From an uncultured Gemmatimonadales bacterium (GTDB lineage: Bacteria > Gemmatimonadota > Gemmatimonadetes > Gemmatimonadales > Gemmatimonadaceae), in NCBI GenBank assembly GCA_963707505.1, contig CAVPQB010000004.1, positions 544,001 to 608,000 on the forward strand: a DNA stretch of 64,000 nt. The letters run 5' to 3'. The position numbers and the translations under genes are program-made. The notes under the pieces were generated by a model. The model ran no database searches. It was given only the letters and a program-made list of their open reading frames with translations, and was not told where the DNA came from. Every line of letters starts with the position of its first letter. Position 1 is the first letter of the stretch. Positions 1 to 10,324 of this stretch are shown piece by piece.

Positions 1-635
1 CGAATCCAGCACGTGCTGTTGCAGCGCCCAAGCGGGACAAATACCTGCCTGAATATCTCGACATTACTCAGATGGGTGCTCTGTTCAGCGCCGCGGAAAC
101 GCGCTCCCAGAGTGGAAAATTCACCGACGTGCGTAATCTCGCGATGCTGGAGTTGTTCTACTCTGCGGGGTTGCGGTTGTCCGAGCTTCGCGGCATCAAT
201 CGCGACTCACTGGATCTGCTGGCCAATCAGGTGAAGGTGCGCGGCAAGGGTCGAAAGGAGCGCATCGTTCCACTCGGTGACCGCGCGACGCTTGCGCTCC
301 GCAATTACGAATCGAAGCGGGATGAGCTGCTACGCGTGATCGGGCCAAAGGGCGATAGAACTGCATTTTTCCTGTCGACACAGGGACGCCGGATCAGTAC
401 GCGGGCGCTGCAGAACGCCATCACGACGCTGTTGGACCTGGTGAGTGAGAGTGCGGGTCTATCCACGCACTCGCTGCGCCACACGTTCGCGACGCACATG
501 CTCGATGCTGGAGCCGACCTCCGTGCAGTTCAGGAATTGCTGGGCCATGCGTCGGTGCAGACGACGCAGATCTACACACACACCAGTGTCGAGCGGCTCA
601 AGCAGGCGTACAAGTCGGCCCACCCGCGCGCCTAG
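1..635 (+). CDS. xerC: Tyrosine recombinase XerC/XerD family, 5'-truncated by window edge
   Basis: Motifs YSAGLRLSEL, GKGRKER, HSLRHTFATH, LLGH, TTQIYT. Frame is open upstream of 72 (NPARAVAAPK...). Lies upstream of hslVU. Confidence 0.85.
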   Translation, partial: NPARAVAAPKRDKYLPEYLDITQMGALFSAAETRSQSGKFTDVRNLAMLELFYSAGLRLSELRGINRDSLDLLANQVKVRGKGRKERIVPLGDRATLALRNYESKRDELLRVIGPKGDRTAFFLSTQGRRISTRALQNAITTLLDLVSESAGLSTHSLRHTFATHMLDAGADLRAVQELLGHASVQTTQIYTHTSVERLKQAYKSAHPRA

Positions 636-651
636 CGCGCAAGCGTAGCTG

Positions 652-1326
652 ATGGCGTTGTACCTGTTTGTCCAGGGGAAGTCATGGACGGTCGAGCGTC
701 GCCACGAGCGTGTTGATGGCGATACTCGTCCGCGCCACGCGGAAGTGTCCCGACTATTTCTGTTCTTCACAGCGGCCGACGGCGAGATACGGCGAAGCGA
801 GATCGCGGCAGATTTCCCGGAAACTCCGGGCGCTCGATTACTCGAATCGGTGTGGCGCTTCGCGGAAGTGATACGCGTTGCAGATCTGGGCGAGATGACC
901 AGCAGGGGAGAGATAGTCATGCCCCGGATGCGAGACGTCGTGCGCCAATTCGGGCGTGCACTGACGCTGCGCTGTCCGAACTGCGGTGGGGCCAGGGTAC
1001 TGCGTTCGTGGTTCAAACTGCAGCATCGCTGCGCGAAGTGCGGAATCCGGCTCGATCGTGGCGAAGTCGATGATTATTTCCTCGGCGGAATGTTCTTCAA
1101 CATCGTGCTGGCCGAAATCATTTTCGCACTGGTGCTTCTGGTAGTGGTGATCGTGATGTGGCCGAACGTGCCCTGGGCCGGCGTCGAGTACTCGTTGATC
1201 GTCGCGATGATTGCAGCACCGATCGTTCTCTATCCTGTATCGCGGCTAATGTGGCTGGCGCTCGATCTGTTACTACGGCCGCCGGATGCGGCGGAGATGG
1301 CGTGGCACGCGCGTGAGAAGGAGTAG
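652..1326 (+). CDS. DUF983-like membrane protein; real start may be ~919
   Basis: RCPNCG...CAKCG zinc ribbon followed by two TM helices and a WLALD motif. Confidence 0.7.
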   Translation: MALYLFVQGKSWTVERRHERVDGDTRPRHAEVSRLFLFFTAADGEIRRSEIAADFPETPGARLLESVWRFAEVIRVADLGEMTSRGEIVMPRMRDVVRQFGRALTLRCPNCGGARVLRSWFKLQHRCAKCGIRLDRGEVDDYFLGGMFFNIVLAEIIFALVLLVVVIVMWPNVPWAGVEYSLIVAMIAAPIVLYPVSRLMWLALDLLLRPPDAAEMAWHAREKE

Positions 1327-1329
1327 AAA

Positions 1330-1357
1330 CGTCATTCCCGCTTTCGCGGGAATGACG
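1330..1357. repeat. REP-like palindrome CGTCATTCCCGC-TTTC-GCGGGAATGACG between convergent genes
   Basis: Perfect 12-bp stem; related copies at 18549 and 53545. Confidence 0.8.
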
Positions 1358-1374
1358 ACCTCCGGTCCGCACCT

Positions 1375-2094
1375 TTACGCCGCGCTTTCCTTGTAGACTG
1401 GCTGGCCCACGAGCCGGTCATATACGTCGGCCACGAGCCGATAACACTCGCACGAGACGTTCTCCAGCCCGGCTCTGTCGACGATGGTTATTTCTCCGCG
1501 GCGGTATCGAATGAGTCCCGCTTTCTGGAGATTGCCGGCCGCGACAGTGACGCCAGCGCGGCGAACGCCGAGCATTACTGCGAGCGCTTCGTGCGTGAGG
1601 TGGAACTGATCGCCTGGAACCCTGTCATGCGTCATGAGAAGCCATCGTGCACAACGCTGCCGGAGCGAATGCCGTTGGTTGCACACTACTGACTGTCCGA
1701 TCTGGGTGAACATCGCGTGGGCGTAGCGCAGCATCACCGTGCGGAGCTCATTGTCGGACCGGAGCAGCTCGGCAAAGCGGTCGGCAGTCATTACAGCACA
1801 TCGTCCGCCGATCTGGACGAAGAAGCGCATGTTTGCCATGTCGGTTCCAAAAAGCGTCGGCAAACCGATCATCCCTTCCTGTCCGACCGTCGCAACCTCG
1901 CCCTGGGCCGCGCCGACGGGCGCCGTCATTGATATCACCGAATCGAGCGGAAAATAGATCCGGTTCACCAGGTCTCCGGGCCCGTACAGTTCTGCGCGAG
2001 TGGGAGTGTTGATGATTACGAGATCTTCAGCCAGCTGCTTTATCGACGCGGACGGCAGCGCGCGGAGGAGCAGATTTTCATCGTAAGTATCCAT
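1375..2094 (-). CDS. Crp/Fnr family transcriptional regulator
   Basis: cNMP-like domain (VGQEGMIG), HTH THEALAVMLGVRRAGVT, C-terminal CECY. Confidence 0.9.
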   Translation of the reverse strand: MDTYDENLLLRALPSASIKQLAEDLVIINTPTRAELYGPGDLVNRIYFPLDSVISMTAPVGAAQGEVATVGQEGMIGLPTLFGTDMANMRFFVQIGGRCAVMTADRFAELLRSDNELRTVMLRYAHAMFTQIGQSVVCNQRHSLRQRCARWLLMTHDRVPGDQFHLTHEALAVMLGVRRAGVTVAAGNLQKAGLIRYRRGEITIVDRAGLENVSCECYRLVADVYDRLVGQPVYKESAA

Positions 2095-2172
2095 GGTACG
2101 GTTTAGTGCAAACAGCTTGCCGGTACATTATGGTACTGAACGTCACTGTTTAGTATCTATACAGACACTTGG

Positions 2173-2598
2173 TTACCGAATGCGTAATTTGCCCGATTTT
2201 GGCGGTATAGTGTCATCGTTGCGCCTGGCAGCACCACGAAAAGCGAACACTTCGCGAAAATATTTCCGATTCTTTAGTGCACCTATAGCGATACATATGG
2301 CGCCGGCGAGTACCGTCACGGTTTCAAAGCGCCAGTCGCTTCCGATCAGCGCCGCACCTAGTAGCACGATTCCTACACCCGCGACGAGCTCGCCCTTGAG
2401 GTCGATTGTGGCCCGGGCGCGGCGGCGCCGATCCCGCATCGGGCCGATCGTTTGCGGGCCCCAGGAATCCCAGATGATACCGAGTCCCATCAGGATTACG
2501 ACCGCGCCCAGCAGTACGGGTACTTCATAGACGCTCACGATAGCTCCGTTCTCTCGTTCTGGTCCGACTGGCTGCGGCCAATCCGGCCGCTCCGTCAT
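2173..2598 (-). CDS. Hypothetical membrane protein (3 TM)
   Basis: ORF with three hydrophobic segments fills the gap divergent from hslV. Confidence 0.6.
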   Translation of the reverse strand: MTERPDWPQPVGPERENGAIVSVYEVPVLLGAVVILMGLGIIWDSWGPQTIGPMRDRRRRARATIDLKGELVAGVGIVLLGAALIGSDWRFETVTVLAGAICIAIGALKNRKYFREVFAFRGAARRNDDTIPPKSGKLRIR

Positions 2599-2639
2599 GC
2601 CAGAGTGCAAAAAGGGGGCGCACGGCTATTTCTTTAGGT

Positions 2640-3191
2640 ATGCACAGCACACTTCCGACCATTCGCGCCACGACGATTCTGGCCGTGCGCCGCAATGGTC
2701 AGGTCGCACTCGGCGGCGACGGCCAGGTCACCGTGGGCGACACGGTAATGAAATCGAACGCTCAGAAGGTTCGCACTCTCCAGAACGGCCGCTTGCTCGC
2801 CGGCTTCGCTGGCGCGGCGGCTGATGCGTTCACTCTATTCGAGAAGTTCGAGGAAAAGCTGAAACGCTTTCCGGACAACCTTCCGCGGGCGGCGGTCGAC
2901 CTTGCCAAGGATTGGCGGAGCGACCGGGTTCTCAGGAGACTCGAAGCGTTGCTGGTCGTTGCGTCACGCGAGCATGGCTTCATCATCTCGGGTACCGGCG
3001 ACATCATCGAGCCGGACGACGGAATTCTCGCGATCGGATCTGGCGGGACGTATGCACTCGCGGCGGCACGCGCGCTGGTCGAGAGCACGGAGCTCGATGC
3101 GCGCGACATCGTGCGGCGCTCGTTGACGATCGCTGGTGAGATCTGCGTTTATACGAACACGAACATCACCATCATCGAGCCGGGAGCATAG
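2640..3191 (+). CDS. hslV: ATP-dependent protease peptidase subunit HslV
   Basis: TTILAVR N-terminal Thr, GDGQVT, GFAG..ADA, AIGSGG. Confidence 0.97.
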   Translation: MHSTLPTIRATTILAVRRNGQVALGGDGQVTVGDTVMKSNAQKVRTLQNGRLLAGFAGAAADAFTLFEKFEEKLKRFPDNLPRAAVDLAKDWRSDRVLRRLEALLVVASREHGFIISGTGDIIEPDDGILAIGSGGTYALAAARALVESTELDARDIVRRSLTIAGEICVYTNTNITIIEPGA

Positions 3192-3193
3192 CC

Positions 3194-4642
3194 ATGGCCT
3201 CACCACGCACGCAACAGGCGCTGGCGAAACTGGCCGATCTCACGCCCCGGCAGATAGTTCACGAGCTGGATCGTTACATAGTGGGGCAGGGAGACGCGAA
3301 GCGCGCGGTAGCGATCGCGCTGCGGAACCGCTGGCGCAGACAGCGTGCACCGGACGCCATTCGCGACGAGATCTCGCCCAACAACATCATACTTGTCGGC
3401 CCTACGGGCGTCGGAAAGACGGAGATCGCGCGTCGCCTCGCAAAGCTCGCCGGCGCTCCGTTCGTGAAGGTCGAGGCGTCCAAGTTCACCGAAGTCGGAT
3501 ACGTCGGTCGTGATGTCGAATCGATGGTTCGGGATCTTGTCGAGGCGGCGATCAGCATGGTCCGCGACGATCGGGAAAGCGAAGTGGAAGAGCTCGCGAA
3601 CGAGCGTGTCGATGATCGACTGTTGGATCTCCTGCTTCCGATGCCGGAAGAAGCTAAGCCGAGGAACGATGCTCAGACTGCGACAAACGACGAGCAGGTG
3701 TTCTTCGTCTCCGAGAGCGGCGGTGTAACCAAGGAAGTGGAAGTGGCGCGCGATCGTCATCAACGGACGCGCGACAAGCTAAAGGCTCTCCTGCTGGCGG
3801 GCGAGCTGGATAACCGTGAAGTCGAAATCGAGGTGCACCAGAACGCGCCGGTGATGTTCGACATGATGGTGCCCCAGGGAGCGCCCGAAGGGATGGAGAA
3901 TTTTTCGGACATGCTGCGCGATATGATGCCCAAGCGCACGCGGAAGCGTACGGTGAAGGTTCCGGAAGCGCGCAGGATCTTGATGGATGAGGAGCTGGAG
4001 AAGCTCATCGATCAGGACGAGCTCGTGACCGACGCGCTCGAACGCGTCGAGCAGATGGGGATCATCTTCCTCGACGAGATCGACAAGATCGCGGGCCAGC
4101 GGGGCGACAGCGGCGGCCCGGATGTCTCGCGCGAGGGTGTACAGCGTGACTTGTTGCCGATTGTGGAGGGCTCGACTGTATCGACAAAGTACGGCAACGT
4201 GAAGACGGACCACGTCCTGTTCGTCGCGGCGGGTGCGTTTCACGTATCCAAGCCAAGCGATCTGATTCCCGAGTTGCAGGGTCGTTTTCCGATTCGCGTC
4301 GAGCTCAAGCCGCTCACCGAAGCTGATTTCGTGCGCATAATGACGGAGCCGGAAAACGCTCTCACCAAGCAATACGCGGCGCTCGTCGAGTCCGAAGGTG
4401 CGTCATTGACGTTCACGACGGACGGCGTTGCGGAGATTGCGCGGACGGCCGCACACGCAAACGATCGAATGGAGAACATCGGTGCACGACGCCTTCATAC
4501 GGTCATGACTACGCTGCTCGAGGATGTGCTGTACGAGCTTCCGGACGGCGGTAAGGAGCCAGTGAATGTCGATGCGGCGATGGTGAAGTCGCGGCTCGCG
4601 AAGGTGGTTGAGGACGAGGACCTGCGACGCTACATCCTTTGA
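3194..4642 (+). CDS. hslU: ATP-dependent protease ATPase subunit HslU
   Basis: GPTGVGKTEIARR, GYVGRDVES, DEIDKI, ENIGARRL, C-terminal RYIL. Confidence 0.97.
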   Translation: MASPRTQQALAKLADLTPRQIVHELDRYIVGQGDAKRAVAIALRNRWRRQRAPDAIRDEISPNNIILVGPTGVGKTEIARRLAKLAGAPFVKVEASKFTEVGYVGRDVESMVRDLVEAAISMVRDDRESEVEELANERVDDRLLDLLLPMPEEAKPRNDAQTATNDEQVFFVSESGGVTKEVEVARDRHQRTRDKLKALLLAGELDNREVEIEVHQNAPVMFDMMVPQGAPEGMENFSDMLRDMMPKRTRKRTVKVPEARRILMDEELEKLIDQDELVTDALERVEQMGIIFLDEIDKIAGQRGDSGGPDVSREGVQRDLLPIVEGSTVSTKYGNVKTDHVLFVAAGAFHVSKPSDLIPELQGRFPIRVELKPLTEADFVRIMTEPENALTKQYAALVESEGASLTFTTDGVAEIARTAAHANDRMENIGARRLHTVMTTLLEDVLYELPDGGKEPVNVDAAMVKSRLAKVVEDEDLRRYIL

Positions 4643-4651
4643 GGCAATGAC

Positions 4652-5089
4652 ATGCTGATGGATTCGGCGGCGATCCTCAACGTTCTGGCCCACAGATACC
4701 CGTTCTTGCTCGTCGACTCCATCAACGTGATCGAGCCGGGGCGGCGCGTCGAGGGGATCAAGCGCGTCACGGGCGGCGAGTGGTTCGGGGCAGCGTGGCG
4801 CCCGCAGGATTCGGCTATGCCGAACACGTTAGCGATCGAAGCACTGGCGCAGACATCGGCGGCGCTGTTACTCGGTCTGGTGGACGTCCGTGCAGGGGTG
4901 GTCGGCTATTTTGCGGCGATCGAGCGGGTGCGGCTCCGTGACCCCGCAGTGGCCGGTGACACCCTCGTGCTGAGCGTCGAATTGGAGAGCTTCCGGCGCG
5001 GTATCGCTCATCTGAAGGGTCGTGCCACGGTGAACGGCCGCCGCGTTGCCTCTGCGAGCTTCACAACCATCGTTCGCGCCGCCGCCTGA
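4652..5089 (+). CDS. FabZ-like hotdog dehydratase (atypical active site)
   Basis: HRYPFLLVD and IEALAQ motifs; HFP motif missing. Confidence 0.75.
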   Translation: MLMDSAAILNVLAHRYPFLLVDSINVIEPGRRVEGIKRVTGGEWFGAAWRPQDSAMPNTLAIEALAQTSAALLLGLVDVRAGVVGYFAAIERVRLRDPAVAGDTLVLSVELESFRRGIAHLKGRATVNGRRVASASFTTIVRAAA

Positions 5090-5143
5090 GTCCGCTAGAA
5101 TTGATGAGGCAGAACCAGTAGACATTTCCCGCAATTTGGACCG

Positions 5144-6061
5144 ATGACCACAGCACACCGCGACTTTCTCGCCATCCCCGATTTTTCGTCCGCCGAGCTT
5201 GAATCGTTATTCGTGCTGGCGGATTCGATGCGCACCGGCACTTACACCAAAAAGCCACTCGCGGGCCAGACGCTCGCGATGATCTTCATGAAGGCGTCCA
5301 CACGAACGCGAGTATCGTTCGAAGTCGGGACATATCAACTCGGCGGCCACGCGTTGTTTCTGTCGCCGCGGGACGTTCAGCTTGGCCGCGGCGAGCCGAT
5401 CTCGGACACCGCAAAGGTTCTCTCGCGTTATGTGAACGGCATCATGATCCGCACCTTCGCGCACGCGGACGTCGAGGCACTTGCGAAGGATGCGACGATT
5501 CCTGTGATCAACGGTCTCACCGATCTGTTGCACCCGTGTCAGGTACTCGCCGACGTCCTCACGGTGCGTCAGCAACTCGGTGGTATCACGGGGCGCAAGG
5601 TTGCATGGATCGGCGACGGCAACAACATGGCGAACTCCTGGATCAATGCGGCATACGTACTCGGCTTCGAGCTGTCACTCGCCTGCCCTGAAGGATACGA
5701 TCCCGACGCAGCTCTCATCGCACGTGCACGGACGCGCGCGAACGTGAGTGTCGTGCGCGATCCCGCGGAGGCTGCGAACGGCGCTGACGTCGTCACGACT
5801 GACGTGTGGGCATCCATGGGACAGGAAGAAGAGCAGGTGATACGTGAAAAAGCCTTCCGCGGATTCTGCGTGGACTCGACGCTCATGGCCCGCGCCGCGA
5901 AGAACGCAATCTTTCTGCACTGTCTGCCGGCACACCGAGGCGAGGAAGTTACCGCGGACGTAATCGACGGACCACAGAGCCGCGTATGGGACGAGGCCGA
6001 AAACAGACTGCACATTCAGAAGGCGATCATGGCAGTACTCATGGGAGGAGAGAAGCTTTGA
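5144..6061 (+). CDS. argF: Ornithine carbamoyltransferase
   Basis: STRTRVSFE, HPCQ, WASMG, HCLP, EAENRLH. Confidence 0.95.
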   Translation: MTTAHRDFLAIPDFSSAELESLFVLADSMRTGTYTKKPLAGQTLAMIFMKASTRTRVSFEVGTYQLGGHALFLSPRDVQLGRGEPISDTAKVLSRYVNGIMIRTFAHADVEALAKDATIPVINGLTDLLHPCQVLADVLTVRQQLGGITGRKVAWIGDGNNMANSWINAAYVLGFELSLACPEGYDPDAALIARARTRANVSVVRDPAEAANGADVVTTDVWASMGQEEEQVIREKAFRGFCVDSTLMARAAKNAIFLHCLPAHRGEEVTADVIDGPQSRVWDEAENRLHIQKAIMAVLMGGEKL

Positions 6062-7149
6062 GCCAGCGCACTCCATTACACGATGTCCACATCGCACTCG
6101 GCGCCAAGATGGTGCCGTTCGCCGGCTTCGAGATGCCGGTCCAGTATCCGGCGGGCATTACCGCCGAGCACAAGTCCGTGCGTGAGAACGTAGGGCTGTT
6201 CGACGTGAGCCACATGGGCGAGTTCATGATCCGTGGCGCGCAGGCAATCGACTTCGCGAATTACGTGACGACGAACGACGTGGCAGCTCTGTCTGTCGGC
6301 CAGGCACAGTACTCCACGATTCTGAATGAAGGTGGAACGATCGTGGACGATTGCCTCATTTACAGGTTCCCGGATCATCTGATGATGGTCGTCAACGCGT
6401 CGAACAAGGACAAGGACCTCGCGCACATCAGTGCGTACATGGATCGCTTTGATTGCAGTATCGAGGACGTGAGCGAGCGTATCGCACTGCTCGCACTTCA
6501 GGGGCCGCGTGCGCAGGAGGTCATGGCGCGATTCACGGACGTGAACCTCGACGACATCGCGTACTATCATTTTCAGGTTGCGACAGTTGCCGGCGTGCCG
6601 GACGTCATTCTGTCACGCACGGGTTACACCGGCGAGGACGGCTTCGAACTCTACTTCGACGCATCGCGTGCAGTCGAGATTTGGAATGCGCTCATGAGCG
6701 ACGGTTCTGTCGCCCCGGCTGGACTTGGCGCGCGCGATACGCTGCGTCTCGAGATGGGAATGGCGCTCTATGGCAACGACATCGACGACGGCACCACGCC
6801 GTACGAAGCAGGACTCGGCTGGCTGGTCAAGCTGAAGAAGGGTGACTTTGTGGGCAAGGAAGCGCTCGAACGGCAGAAAGCCGCAGGCATTCCCCGCAAG
6901 CTCATCGGTTTCACGATGCCGGACCGTGCCTTTCCGCGACACGGATATCCGGTCTCGTGCAACGGCGCGGCGAGTGGCGAGGTGCGGAGCGGCACAATGA
7001 GTCCGACGCTCGGTATTGCGATCGGTACGGCGTATCTGCCACTCGCGCTGGCGAAGGAAGGCACGGAGTTCGAAGTCGAGATCAGAGGTAAGCGTCTTCC
7101 CGCGGTTGTGCAGAAGATGCCATTTTACAAAAACGCATCGCATCGTTGA
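6058..7149 (+). CDS. gcvT: Glycine cleavage system aminomethyltransferase T
   Basis: [32 protein letters not shown] start overlaps argF stop. Confidence 0.95.
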   Translation: MSQRTPLHDVHIALGAKMVPFAGFEMPVQYPAGITAEHKSVRENVGLFDVSHMGEFMIRGAQAIDFANYVTTNDVAALSVGQAQYSTILNEGGTIVDDCLIYRFPDHLMMVVNASNKDKDLAHISAYMDRFDCSIEDVSERIALLALQGPRAQEVMARFTDVNLDDIAYYHFQVATVAGVPDVILSRTGYTGEDGFELYFDASRAVEIWNALMSDGSVAPAGLGARDTLRLEMGMALYGNDIDDGTTPYEAGLGWLVKLKKGDFVGKEALERQKAAGIPRKLIGFTMPDRAFPRHGYPVSCNGAASGEVRSGTMSPTLGIAIGTAYLPLALAKEGTEFEVEIRGKRLPAVVQKMPFYKNASHR

Positions 7150-7664
7150 ACATCGCCATTGTCACTGTTTCGGACTCCGTTGCCCGTGGAACGCGTGCCG
7201 ATCTGTCGGGCGACGCAATCGCCGAGTGGGCTGTTGCTCGCGGCGACACTGTCATCTCGCGTGTCGTAACAGCTGACGACTCGGTAGAGATCGTGCGCGT
7301 CCTGATCGGTGTTTGCGACAGCGGCGCATGTGATCTTGTCGTTACCACCGGCGGTACCGGACTGTCGAAGCGTGACGTAACGCCTGAAGCAACACGTGCC
7401 GTGATATCTGCGGAGGCGCCCGGCTTCGGCGAGCGGCTGCGCGATCACGCGACTCGCTTTCCGCGTGCGTCCCTGTCGCGGGGTATCGCCGGCGTGCGCG
7501 CACGAACGTTGATCGTGAACCTTCCCGGCTCGCCGGGCGGCGTGCGTGACGGGTTGGCTACACTGGAGCCGGTGGTGTCGCATGCGTGCGACATTCTGAG
7601 CGGGCGTTTCACCGAGCACGCGACCGAGCACACGATCGAGCATCGGAGCGACGATGGCGCGTAG
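7146..7664 (+). CDS. MogA/MoaB molybdenum cofactor biosynthesis protein
   Basis: [23 protein letters not shown]. Confidence 0.9.
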   Translation: MNIAIVTVSDSVARGTRADLSGDAIAEWAVARGDTVISRVVTADDSVEIVRVLIGVCDSGACDLVVTTGGTGLSKRDVTPEATRAVISAEAPGFGERLRDHATRFPRASLSRGIAGVRARTLIVNLPGSPGGVRDGLATLEPVVSHACDILSGRFTEHATEHTIEHRSDDGA

Positions 7665-9231
7665 CGGCGGCGCGACCGTGGTGATCACGCTCGCCGACGT
7701 GGAGCCCGCGGTGCGCCTCAACGCGATGCTCGAAGCCGCCGGCATTACCACGTCGATGGTTTCGGCTGTGGACAATCTCGCGACCGAGATTCGTCGCACG
7801 CGGCCGGAGCTGATAGTGCTGACGGGGAACATCGCCGATCCCGCTGTGCGTCAGGTAGTGCGCGACCAGCTGTGGGAAGGAATCGCGGTGATCGGCCTCG
7901 CCGACGTCGCCGATCCGCAGCTCATCGAGCGGTTGCGCGCGATCGGGTTTGTCGACGTGTACACCAAGCCCGTCGTTGCGGAAGATCTCTTCGATGCAGT
8001 GAAGCGTGTGCTCGAGCGTCGCCGGCTCGCCGAATCTACCGGGCTTGTGGGACAGTCGGACGCGATCCGCGAAGTTCTCGTGCGCGTCGAGCAGATGGCG
8101 CCCGTATCCAGCACGGTACTGATCGAAGGAGAGAGTGGCACCGGCAAGGAGCTCGTGGCGCGTGCGATTCACCAATTGAGTCCACGCCGGTCGCGGCCGT
8201 TCATCGCCGTGAACGTCGGCGCGCTGCCGGAAACGTTGCTCGAGAGCGAGCTGTTCGGCCATGAGAAGGGGGCGTTCACCGGCGCTGCCGAGCGTCGCAT
8301 TGGTCGCTTCGAGCTTGCCGATACCGGCACCCTGTTCCTCGACGAGATCGGCGACGTACCGCCCGCGACGCAGGTCAAGCTTCTGCGCGTGATCGAGGAG
8401 CGTGAGGTTACGCGGGTAGGAGGAACGACGCCCATCAAAGTCAATGTGCGCGTCGTGACCGCTACGAATCAGCCGCTCCGTCAACTCGTCGAAGAGGGTC
8501 GGTTCAGATCGGACCTGTACTACAGGCTCAATGTTCTCAGCATCTATCTACCGCCGCTGCGCGAGCGTCGCGCCGACATTCCCCTACTCGTGCGTCGTTT
8601 TGTCCGGCAGTTTTCCGCGCAGCACGACCGGCCTTTCCACGGCATCTCGGCGGACGCCATGCAGATCATGGCCGATTATGCGTGGCCCGGGAACGTGCGG
8701 CAGCTCAAGAATCTGATCGAGAGCATGGTGGTGCTGGCACCGGGTCGGGAGATTACCGCGTCCGACATACCGGCAGAGGTGCGGGAAACGTCGAGCTTGC
8801 TACCGGTGCGGATAGTACCGCCGGTAATGCGCGGAGGTGAAGGCGGAGCTGGTGGGAGCGCTGGCGCGCGCGAGCTCGAGTTCATCGTCCACAGTCTTGT
8901 GGAGCTGAGGCTGCAGCTGGACGAGCTGCGCCGGCGCGTGGATGAGAGCAGCGCAGGCGCCGGGTCGGCTGTTGCCGGAGGTATGGAACCACGCTCGCTC
9001 GTCCCTGCGATAGGCGCTCTCGAGCCGGCGGCTCCGCCCGCTCCAAATGTTTTGACGATAACGCCGGGGATGACCATGGCCGAGATCGAGCGGGGGGCGA
9101 TCGAGGCGGCGTTGCGTGAAACTGATGGGAATCGGCGTCGAGCTGCCGAACTTCTAGGTATAGGTGAGCGGACGCTATACCGGAAGTTACGTGATTACGA
9201 CATCCCGGATGGCTACGCCACTATTGCCTAA
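7654..9231 (+). CDS. Sigma54-dependent Fis-family activator with degenerate receiver domain
   Basis: [30 protein letters not shown]-terminal HTH. Confidence 0.92.
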   Translation: MARSGGATVVITLADVEPAVRLNAMLEAAGITTSMVSAVDNLATEIRRTRPELIVLTGNIADPAVRQVVRDQLWEGIAVIGLADVADPQLIERLRAIGFVDVYTKPVVAEDLFDAVKRVLERRRLAESTGLVGQSDAIREVLVRVEQMAPVSSTVLIEGESGTGKELVARAIHQLSPRRSRPFIAVNVGALPETLLESELFGHEKGAFTGAAERRIGRFELADTGTLFLDEIGDVPPATQVKLLRVIEEREVTRVGGTTPIKVNVRVVTATNQPLRQLVEEGRFRSDLYYRLNVLSIYLPPLRERRADIPLLVRRFVRQFSAQHDRPFHGISADAMQIMADYAWPGNVRQLKNLIESMVVLAPGREITASDIPAEVRETSSLLPVRIVPPVMRGGEGGAGGSAGARELEFIVHSLVELRLQLDELRRRVDESSAGAGSAVAGGMEPRSLVPAIGALEPAAPPAPNVLTITPGMTMAEIERGAIEAALRETDGNRRRAAELLGIGERTLYRKLRDYDIPDGYATIA

Positions 9232-9383
9232 ACCGGCATGTGGCCACACTTTGTCATGGCCGCCAAAGGAGGGAGAAAGTTTCCTTTCTTGGCGGGCTTG
9301 TGTCTTACGGGTCATCTATCGTCGGGTGGCATCTGCGGGGGCGACTATCGTCTCGCGTAGCCAAACTTTAGTTCCTTAAACGC

Positions 9384-10149
9384 GTGACTACATTTGTGAC
9401 GCCCGCACGGCTCGGGGAGCAAGCCGAAGAATTGATCCGCACGTTGCCTGGTGTGGTGTCCGTGCGTGTGGTGGATAATGGGGAGGGCTCGATTCAGGAG
9501 GTGCACATCCTGACGACGTCCGAGGTGCCCGCCAAGCAGACCGTTCGCAATGTCGAGAGTGCCTTGTTTGCGCACCTTGGCTTGCGGATCGACCATCGCC
9601 GCGTATCGATAGCCGCGGTGAGCGAGGCCCCGCCACCACAGCCGAAACCGGCACCGCCGCCGACGTCGACGCCATCGCCGATCGCGCCTCCGAAAAGCCG
9701 GACGCGCTGCCGATACTGAGGGAATGGGTGTTTACACGCCTACACCAGGGTTGGACGGGCCGCGTCGCCGGATCTATTTCGAGGATGTGGAAGTCCGCGG
9801 ATCCAGAGCGCGCGGTGTGTCGTGTCGCGTGTCGCTCATCAAGGATGGAACGTCGTTCATCGGAGAGGCGCGCGGAGTCGATGGTGACCGTGCGCGTTTG
9901 GAGTTGGCGGCTCGTGCAGCATGTCTCGCGATTGGAGACGCTGATTCGAAGGATCGTCAGTTCGGGCTCGAAGGTGTGCGCGTGTTTGAAGCGTTCGACA
10001 GGAAGTTCATCTTCGTTGGCGTTGCGGTGCGACACGGACGCGAGGTCCGGTTGCTTGCTGGAACGTGCGAAGTGAGTGATAGCGCAGAGACGGCGTCGGT
10101 ACTTGCCGTGTTGGATGCAACGAACCGTTGGTTGGAGTACGGCGCGTAA
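9384..10149 (+). CDS. Two-domain hypothetical protein; one +1 frameshift in the AAAA run at ~9693
   Basis: ORFs 9384-9719 and 9724-10149 join through a Pro-rich linker (IAPPK-AGRAADTEGM) if one A is removed. Confidence 0.7.
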
Positions 10150-10197
10150 CCATGCGCGACCCGATGCTTACCTCGAGAAGAACTATAGACTAATCAA

Positions 10198-10304
10198 GAC
10201 AAAACCCCCGTTCCCCGACCTAGCGGAGTTGAGACGGTAGGTTAGGCAGGAACGAGCGGAGCCAACCTTTGCAGTTTGCACGCGCGCAAGCGTCGTGACA
10301 AAAC
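10198..10304 (+). promoter_or_regulatory. Candidate structured 5' leader
   Basis: Stems CGTTCC/GGAACG and GACCTA/TAGGTT, a GCAA-tetraloop hairpin at 10279-10297, bracketed by the direct repeat GACAAAAC. Confidence 0.4.
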
Positions 10305-10324
10305 GGATGGGAGGTGACGCGGAC

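Noticed and set aside
1..635. Phage or island integrase
   Set aside because: Sequence and position upstream of hslVU fit chromosomal XerC; no att site or phage genes seen
5986..6060. Glycine riboswitch before gcvT
   Set aside because: gcvT overlaps the argF stop, so there is no leader
9232..9383. Sigma54 -24/-12 promoter downstream of the activator
   Set aside because: No TGGC-led GG-N10-GC with correct spacing found by eye
10198..10304. c-di-GMP-I or -II riboswitch
   Set aside because: No GGCAAAC...GAAA...GACGCAAAG arrangement or class II core is visible; kept only as an unknown structured leader
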